Source: a virus. Taken from it: DNA of 64,000 nucleotides. A model generated the notes under the pieces. The model saw nothing but the letters and a program-made list of their open reading frames with translations, was not told the origin of the DNA and did not search any database. The DNA lies in the IMG/VR virus record IMGVR_UViG_3300005805_000042. One strand, written 5' to 3'. The position numbers and the translations under genes are program-made. This document shows positions 57,931 to 64,000 of this stretch, in pieces (position 1 is the stretch's first letter; the number at the start of each line of letters is the position of its first letter).

Positions 57931-60709
57931 AGTTGTAAATATACTGCTCCCAACCTTCTTCGGCAAAATCATAGATATAATTTTCAGAAAGACCTCTCTT
58001 TTCCCAATATCTTATCTCACCATCAGATAAAGTCATTACCTCATCCAATTCGTCTTGGTCACCAAGACCCATAGGGTATCCGTTAATTAACTCACATTGT
58101 GTGTGGGTGAATATACCCATATCCTCAGGATTATTTACAATCAATTCCTTGCGAACTTCATCCTTAAAACAAACCAAAAGAGGTTCAATTCTTTTGTTAA
58201 ATGTTGTAACAGCTCGAGCTACATTGTAATCCCCCGTCATCTCAGGATTGTTTTCGAGGTCATCAGGATTTAGAATATAACAATTAAGGTTAATGTAAGA
58301 GGCAACATCTTGAAGAACCTCACCCGTTTTTTCAAAGATTCGTTTCTTTTGAAGGTCGGAGTACTTCTTAGCAGGAACCTTTTGAACATCACCATGAGAT
58401 GCTTTCTCACCGTTGTTAACATACATAATCAAATCCCCCAAGTTTACATTCATTTTATGGTGAATGGCAAGTTCCATATGTGCTTGACGGGACATTAAAG
58501 ACCCCGCTTTTGTGGTCTGTGTACACCGAAACTTGTAATCCTCAAGGGTCTGTTTAACTTTTGCTTTCTGAGCAATTTGAGCAAGAGGAATCTGTTGGTT
58601 GTAAATCTTCTCTAAGTATTCATAGTAGTAATCCACAAACTCCTTACCATTACCCTCCAATAACATCTTGATACCTTTGTCCAAGAATTTTTCGATGTAA
58701 CCGGGAAGTTTCTTAGATTTAATGGAATTACCTGTAAGTTTAATTTTTCCCTTATAATCCATAACCGCATAGTTCTTACGAGCAAGGTTAATACACGATG
58801 GCCATACACCATCGGTATCCAAAGCCATTTCCCCCCTCATAAAGATGTCATTGTATTCTGCAACATCCGCTTCAGGACCCTCATAGACCTTACCAAGTTT
58901 TACCTTCCAATTTAATCCACGACCAACATAACTGCGAGACTTTGCACCCTCAGGTAGGGAAAAGTTCACACCGTCCGTATCCATCACAAGGGGGGTGTAA
59001 CCACGAGCCATAAAGAACTTAATCATTTGACGAAGATATTGACGACCAGTACAGGTGATTTGCTCACCCATATACATGTCCCCCCATGCAAATACCTGTG
59101 GAGCAGAGAGTGCGCCGAACATAGAGTTAATAAAGATTTTGATAGGGAGTTGTTTGTTTCCGTATGATTCAGATTTCTTTCGGTCGGTTTCGTAAAATTC
59201 CTCAGCGAGTTCTTTGTATTTGATACGAGTGTCACGGAAATACTTTAACATACCTTTCATCGCTCCTGTTACATCACACTCAGGAAAAACATCATGTACG
59301 AGTTGAATAGAGGGGTACAGAGACGAGAAGTCGAGTTTAAGGACATCCTTTGAATATCCGACCTTTAAGAGTCGTGAGAGACCTCCTACAAAGTCTGTCT
59401 TACCTTGTTTGGCGGGAATTGCGAGATTGTTTTTATAACTCCATGCAAGCATTAACATTTTCCATAGAGTAGCGGTACCCATAGTAGATACCCTCTCATA
59501 AGTTGTGGGAATCATCGAGGCAAGAAGAAAAGAACCCTGATTGAATTCCTTATCAACCTTTAAAGTTTCTTCCAAGTCATCTTGGAGGTATCTCTCGACA
59601 ATATCGACACCGTTGGTAAGTAAATAAGTGTCAGGGAATTTTACATCCAAATCCACAAAATCACCTTTTTTACGATATTCGCCAGTTTTCAAGTTCAACC
59701 AATACTCATGGTTTTCAGTGTACATCTTTCCAATACTGTCGTGATTAATGTACACTCGGTCCGCTTCCTTAGCATTGATAAACTCAGAAATATACTTAAG
59801 ACCCGCACTTTTGATTGATGAGTTAATTGCCTGCGCTCGTCTAACAGCATGGATAATGTCAATTACATTATAACCCCAAATAGAGGTTTGCATAAAATCC
59901 TCAATCTCGTTTGCTAACTTTAACATATTTTTCTTTTGAGAAATGGAATGTTGGGGGTGAAGTGACTTACAAACCTTCCTTATATCAATCCCCAAAATAC
60001 GAGACCTCTCAAACAACCAATACCAGTCGAAGTTAGCTGAGTTGTAACCCCCAATGATACTAGGTTTTAACTGGTTAATGATATTGAAAAACTCAACAAT
60101 ACCTTTAACCTCATCTTCTTCGTTGACACACTCAATTATCTTGTTAAATCCGGTGTTGGTCCTAATACCAATCATAAAGATTCTACCATCTTTAGGTTCA
60201 AGTGAGGTTGTCTCTAAGTCATATACAAGTCGAGTTACCTCGTCATAGTCTTCATAACCCTTAAAGAGTCGTTTTTCTTTTGAGATAAAGTATTGCTCAA
60301 CGGGGGGGAGAATAAGAATTTTATCACGGAACTTCTCACCCCATGGGTCAGCACCCCCTTCTCGAAAAAATTGAATAAGATGACGATAACCCTTAAGGGA
60401 TTTAACTATAAAGGTTAACCCTTTTTCCATACGAGGGTCACCGTGGGTATCGAGTTTCTCGATAACAATACCATGTTTGGTCATTGCTTCTTTCTGTAAC
60501 CCTTTCGAGTTTTGATAAAAACCCATGTTATGAAGGTCACCTACCCAACAAAATGGAATGAATGTATCCTTACGGATTTCTTTTCCTTTTCCAGGTATTT
60601 CTTTAATTTTGTAAATGGAATCAGATGCGTAGTCAAATTCTACGGCTACGATAAATTCTTCAGGGTCATTACCCTCCAAAAATGACTTGATAACTTCTTC
60701 GTCAATCAT
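57908..60709 (-). CDS. polB: Family B DNA polymerase
   Basis: Exonuclease motifs DLETT, GYNSANFD, YLQDD; polymerase motifs DFSSLYPS, K...NSMFG, MDTDG. Likely start is ATG 60709 (MIDEEVIK). Confidence 0.95.
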   Translation of the reverse strand: MIDEEVIKSFLEGNDPEEFIVAVEFDYASDSIYKIKEIPGKGKEIRKDTFIPFCWVGDLHNMGFYQNSKGLQKEAMTKHGIVIEKLDTHGDPRMEKGLTFIVKSLKGYRHLIQFFREGGADPWGEKFRDKILILPPVEQYFISKEKRLFKGYEDYDEVTRLVYDLETTSLEPKDGRIFMIGIRTNTGFNKIIECVNEEDEVKGIVEFFNIINQLKPSIIGGYNSANFDWYWLFERSRILGIDIRKVCKSLHPQHSISQKKNMLKLANEIEDFMQTSIWGYNVIDIIHAVRRAQAINSSIKSAGLKYISEFINAKEADRVYINHDSIGKMYTENHEYWLNLKTGEYRKKGDFVDLDVKFPDTYLLTNGVDIVERYLQDDLEETLKVDKEFNQGSFLLASMIPTTYERVSTMGTATLWKMLMLAWSYKNNLAIPAKQGKTDFVGGLSRLLKVGYSKDVLKLDFSSLYPSIQLVHDVFPECDVTGAMKGMLKYFRDTRIKYKELAEEFYETDRKKSESYGNKQLPIKIFINSMFGALSAPQVFAWGDMYMGEQITCTGRQYLRQMIKFFMARGYTPLVMDTDGVNFSLPEGAKSRSYVGRGLNWKVKLGKVYEGPEADVAEYNDIFMRGEMALDTDGVWPSCINLARKNYAVMDYKGKIKLTGNSIKSKKLPGYIEKFLDKGIKMLLEGNGKEFVDYYYEYLEKIYNQQIPLAQIAQKAKVKQTLEDYKFRCTQTTKAGSLMSRQAHMELAIHHKMNVNLGDLIMYVNNGEKASHGDVQKVPAKKYSDLQKKRIFEKTGEVLQDVASYINLNCYILNPDDLENNPEMTGDYNVARAVTTFNKRIEPLLVCFKDEVRKELIVNNPEDMGIFTHTQCELINGYPMGLGDQDELDEVMTLSDGEIRYWEKRGLSENYIYDFAEEGWEQYIYNYETERHS

Positions 60710-60786
60710 ATTTTCAATTTTTACCGAGTGACACATTATCTTCCACAACTAAGTGGAGTTTGTCTTACTCATTCATCGATAAATAT

Positions 60787-60805
60787 AAAAAACCCGAATT
60801 GGGTT
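60787..60805 (-). terminator. Weak terminator after BppU-like gene
   Basis: aaccc-5 nt-gggtt stem plus T run on the minus strand. Confidence 0.45.
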
Positions 60806-60811
60806 GTCAAA

Positions 60812-61210
60812 CTAACAACAAGCTTGTTCCGAAATAAAACTATCTTCGATATTGATATAGAGTTCCTCACGGATGGGGACAATCAAACTTCCTTGTTGAG
60901 TACCGAGTAATCCACTGTTCTTAATTAAGAATTGTCCTTGATATCTCCCAGGGGTATCGGTTTGTCTTGAGGTAAACTGATAATAGATATAGTATTCTGT
61001 TGGTGCACCTGGTTCACTTGGTATTAAACTCACAATAGAACATGGTGCTCCCACAATTTTAGGAATTCCTGTTTTTACATCAACCATTGAAAAGAATATG
61101 GTGGCGAGTTCTAATAACTCCATAGTATCACCATAGGTACTTCTACCGTCTTGAACAACCTGCATTTTTAAAACTGGCAAAGTTGCATTTTTCCTGATAA
61201 AGAATTCCAT
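60812..61210 (-). CDS. BppU N-terminal-like (baseplate upper) domain protein
   Basis: F.IRKNATLPVLKMQV...IYYQFT..QTDTPGRYQGQFLI fits the BppU-like pattern; TATTTAT upstream. Confidence 0.5.
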   Translation of the reverse strand: MEFFIRKNATLPVLKMQVVQDGRSTYGDTMELLELATIFFSMVDVKTGIPKIVGAPCSIVSLIPSEPGAPTEYYIYYQFTSRQTDTPGRYQGQFLIKNSGLLGTQQGSLIVPIREELYINIEDSFISEQACC

Positions 61211-61216
61211 ACAAAG

Positions 61217-61223
61217 ATAAATA
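61217..61223 (-). promoter_or_regulatory. TATTTAT late-gene motif
   Basis: 6 nt upstream of the BppU-like ATG 61210. Confidence 0.6.
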
Positions 61224-61228
61224 CTTTG

Positions 61229-62899
61229 TTAGGACTCTTTTCTTAATTTACCGTCGTAAAATTCAAATCTGTCGTGCTCTGTTGGTGTTGCAAACAATAA
61301 AGCTGGTTTAATGTTTTCCTTTTTGGTTTCTTGATAAATGTAACTCATCCAAGTCTGTTCAAAAGGGCGTTCCCATTTAGTTGTAAGAAACATTTTTTCG
61401 TTTCCATATCTTGAAACTACTTGAGGCCAATTGCAATAATACACCTCACCAATTCCATAAGCTAACCCTTTGTAAGAACGAACTTCAGTAAATTTAGTTC
61501 TCGGAGCATTGGGGTCTAATCCTTGTACTGGGAGAGTAGATTTTTCGGGCCAATACTCCTCTCTAATATGCTGAGGTACATTATACCAAGACCATTGAGT
61601 ACCATTGTCGCCATAAAACTCAGTGAAATTTAGTTTTATAAAATCTAAAGACTCTTTTTTGGCTATTTGAATTGATTTGTTGTAGAGGTCAGGAATTTTT
61701 CTTACAAAACCATTTTTACAAGTTTCATTAGCGCCACCATAAAAAAACATATCATCTTCAAAGAACCAATAGAAATCAAATTTGTTTTCTTGGGAATGCT
61801 CGGCAATCCATTGTCTTCCACCACAAATTCCTAAGTTATCCTTTTTGATATGTTCGAAACCAAATTCATCACACAACTCTTTGTATCTTTCAGTTGTAGT
61901 CAAATCTGATGAATTATCTAACAAGAACTTTTTTGGTTTATCCAAAAAGTTTCTATCATACATTTCCATTGATTTAATTAATGTCTCAAACTGATTGGGA
62001 CTATTGAAAGTGATTACATATAATCCTAAGTTATCAATATTCAAATCAGAATATGCAACTTTGCCCTGAGTATTTTTAACTTTATGGGTGTTGTTTTTGA
62101 CATCTTCACAAAATTTACCGATAAGTCCGTTCGACTCAATTTCATAGTAGTCAAAAATATCGGGGTGCCGATAAAGAAGAATACTGAATAAAGATTCTTC
62201 TGTACCCATGAGACCATCTGATAAAGTTTGGTTCATCAGATTGTAATAGAGTCCATTGACATCAGAAATACTATCTTTACTACCACCGAAGATTCCACCA
62301 CGACACACTAATTTCACATGAGCACCTGCGTAGTTGTTAATTTTAGGATAAGTAAAACCATGAATTTCTTTTTCAGCGGCATAAGGAAAGGCAACAAACC
62401 CAAACTTACTGAAGAGGTTATGAAACTTATGGTGAATTTTATCATGAGTAAAATATCCAGGATGAACCGTATTTGTTATACCCGCATCAATCCAAAACAT
62501 ATGGGTCGAATCAAAAGAGTCAAAAATCCTCGCATCGTTAAGTAAAAACATTTTAGACATAACCAAAGGGTTATACATATCCAAACGAGACTGAGTTGAT
62601 TCGGGTAACCAACCTGATTGATTAAACCATTCAGGATTGGTTCTAATTTTTTGAATTTTGTCGTAAAAATCATTTTTAAACCAAGATTGGTCCCTAACGA
62701 TAAACTGAGTGTTTTCACGACCCCTTCTTTCCCAAACAAACCCTTCAAGTTCTTTTTCCCCAAAAATAATTAGGTTGGCGTCGATTTGTAGTAGTTGTTC
62801 AAATTTATCTAAATAGTGTTGAAATGAACGAGACCAACCCTCTTGAAGTTCGTCTCGTTTGATATTCCATAGACCAGTAACAAAAGTAACTTTATTCAT
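61229..62899 (-). CDS. Two-domain glycosyltransferase (HtrL/YibB-WlaTC-like plus GT-A domain)
   Basis: VTFVTGLWNIKR, SKMFLL..A...F..THMFWIDAGI; second domain with N.GICGGRQ and FFEDD. Confidence 0.75.
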   Translation of the reverse strand: MNKVTFVTGLWNIKRDELQEGWSRSFQHYLDKFEQLLQIDANLIIFGEKELEGFVWERRGRENTQFIVRDQSWFKNDFYDKIQKIRTNPEWFNQSGWLPESTQSRLDMYNPLVMSKMFLLNDARIFDSFDSTHMFWIDAGITNTVHPGYFTHDKIHHKFHNLFSKFGFVAFPYAAEKEIHGFTYPKINNYAGAHVKLVCRGGIFGGSKDSISDVNGLYYNLMNQTLSDGLMGTEESLFSILLYRHPDIFDYYEIESNGLIGKFCEDVKNNTHKVKNTQGKVAYSDLNIDNLGLYVITFNSPNQFETLIKSMEMYDRNFLDKPKKFLLDNSSDLTTTERYKELCDEFGFEHIKKDNLGICGGRQWIAEHSQENKFDFYWFFEDDMFFYGGANETCKNGFVRKIPDLYNKSIQIAKKESLDFIKLNFTEFYGDNGTQWSWYNVPQHIREEYWPEKSTLPVQGLDPNAPRTKFTEVRSYKGLAYGIGEVYYCNWPQVVSRYGNEKMFLTTKWERPFEQTWMSYIYQETKKENIKPALLFATPTEHDRFEFYDGKLRKES

Positions 62900-63773
62900 A
62901 AATTCTATTAAATTCTTCTAATATTCTATAAAAACTTTTGTTCTCTTCGAAAATTTTTGGATTAGTTCCAGAGGGGCAATTGTCTGTACACCACCATATA
63001 TCAAAATGTTTTCTTTCAAAAAGTTCCTGATGGTTATAATACATTACCGTCATCAAAACTTCTTCGTGATGTGGACGTTCTTCTGGTGTAATTTTCTCCG
63101 CATATTCCTCGAACAACGGAACAACTTTTTCCCACATTTCTTTTTTACCACCAAACAAACCACCAATTATATGAATTCGTCTATCGTACTCATTATACCA
63201 TTTAGGTTTGACAGTTCCGCTCCAAAAATTTCGGTCATTTTCCTTTCCAAGTAAAATAAATTTATCACCAGTATCTTCAATTAAATTTTTTAAAAAATCA
63301 TTATTAAATAAAGATGATTCATAATATTTTCGTTGGGGATGGTCACTTCCAACAAGGTATTTGTTAGGTATCAAACCACAATGAGATAACCCGGCATCAA
63401 TCCAAAAATAGTAATCGTAAGACTTATCTTCCAACCAATACCAAGTAAATTTTGCCCATTGAATTTCAAGACACCTATCACCACCTTTAGCAGACTCATA
63501 ATCCTTATATTTTTGAAATAGATATTCATGTTTAGTTTTGTGTAAGTCGAAAACTTTTAGTTCCAATTGTTTCTCAGAAATGTTGTGTTCATCGTAAAAG
63601 AATTTTTTCAAACGGTCAATTTCTCTTTCTGAAGTATAACACGTGAAATCAGCATTAGTCATTTTGAGTAGAGATAATAAGCTGTATTGATAGTGTCCGC
63701 CCCTGGAATGTCTACCACCTAATTCTGTACCGCTTAAATCACTGTAGATTGAGGTCAAAAATTTAATTTTCAT
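62892..63773 (-). CDS. HtrL/WlaTC-like glycosyltransferase
   Basis: YYFWIDAGLSH, IIGGLFGG, EEVLMT motifs shared with the downstream paralog. Confidence 0.7.
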   Translation of the reverse strand: MKIKFLTSIYSDLSGTELGGRHSRGGHYQYSLLSLLKMTNADFTCYTSEREIDRLKKFFYDEHNISEKQLELKVFDLHKTKHEYLFQKYKDYESAKGGDRCLEIQWAKFTWYWLEDKSYDYYFWIDAGLSHCGLIPNKYLVGSDHPQRKYYESSLFNNDFLKNLIEDTGDKFILLGKENDRNFWSGTVKPKWYNEYDRRIHIIGGLFGGKKEMWEKVVPLFEEYAEKITPEERPHHEEVLMTVMYYNHQELFERKHFDIWWCTDNCPSGTNPKIFEENKSFYRILEEFNRIYE

Positions 63774-63999
63774 ATAAAAAATCTAAATGTATTTTGTTAT
63801 TTTTTATTTCTTTATTTGAGGTCAAATTCAGAAGTTCATTTGGAATTTTAACTGGAGAGTATAAATTCCAATTGTAAGTTTGAGTGTAAAAATTATTATA
63901 AGTCCCGTGAGAAACGTCGGACCAGTCACTCAATTGAGGACCGATGGGCATAATTGGAGCATAGCTCTGAATTTTCGGCAAAATAAAGCGATATAAGTA
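63763..63999 (-). CDS. 3' end of a probable glycosyltransferase (GT25-like), truncated by window
   Basis: Frame is open to the window edge (YLYRFILPKIQSYAPIMPIGPQLSDWSDV...); P...Q....SD resembles the GT25 C-terminus. Confidence 0.45.
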   Translation of the reverse strand, partial: YLYRFILPKIQSYAPIMPIGPQLSDWSDVSHGTYNNFYTQTYNWNLYSPVKIPNELLNLTSNKEIKNNKIHLDFLYEN

Positions 64000-64000
64000 A

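Noticed and set aside
21697-60709. Inteins or group I introns in nrdA, nrdB, dnaB, uvsX or polB
   Set aside because: Catalytic motifs are normally spaced, the ORFs are uninterrupted, and no C...HN or homing endonuclease segment was seen.
52082-60709. Eukaryotic giant virus (NCLDV) origin suggested by SET, SNF2, PolB and collagen
   Set aside because: Sheath, tube, gp25, gp6, neck genes, rho-independent terminators and coupled operons show a bacterial myophage.
4459-60748. Extended starts in the ORF track (4459, 28905, 30784, 37740, 56924, 57972, 60748)
   Set aside because: They overlap neighbouring genes, terminators or promoter motifs; the downstream ATGs give coupled or motif-spaced starts.
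1-64000. Stop-codon reassignment (code 15 or 4) as in some huge phages
   Set aside because: ORFs of 1000-2190 aa are intact and densely packed under the standard code; TAA, TGA and TAG all end genes sensibly.
1-64000. tRNA or other structured ncRNA genes
   Set aside because: Intergenic gaps are mostly under 130 nt and explained by terminators and promoter motifs; no cloverleaf or T-loop GTTCRA context was recognised.

Overview
A 64-kb segment of an AT-rich, T4-like jumbo myophage genome. The host is probably Bacteroidota, inferred from SprB-repeat and PKD domains, a Flavobacterium-type NrdAi/NrdBi RNR, and A-rich start regions without Shine-Dalgarno sites. Positions 1-52 kb are almost all minus strand. 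They hold a low-complexity fibre/adhesin cluster (Gly-X-Y collagen-like, Pro/Thr mucin-like, SprB-repeat) and baseplate genes (gp7/gpI-, gp6-, gp25-like). An embedded replication cassette follows (nrdA, ATP-cone-nrdB, DnaB, 5'-3' exonuclease, UvsX/RecA, gp32-like SSB), then giant hub proteins, LysM/gp53, tape measure, tail chaperone, tube, a HAD protein, sheath and neck genes. A plus-strand block encodes a SET protein, an SNF2 helicase, a SOD fusion and a gp13-like neck protein. The right end has a mini HsdS-like protein, family-B DNA polymerase, a BppU-like protein and a glycosyltransferase cluster. Three real coding regions are missing from the ORF track: the collagen-like gene (<1-2277), a frameshift extension of the tail chaperone (44531-44689) and a small RHH regulator (50290-50451). 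Most notable: a late-type Mn-SOD fused to a PD-(D/E)xK-like domain with possible prohead-protease sites; a +1/-2 (not -1) chaperone frameshift at UUU_UUU_CGU_C; a class Id-like RNR with the ATP cone on the beta subunit; a TATTTAT motif marking virion genes; and a possible virion O-glycosylation system. All protein calls come from motif recognition by eye; no database searches were run. I saw no tRNA, CRISPR array, intein, intron or IS element.
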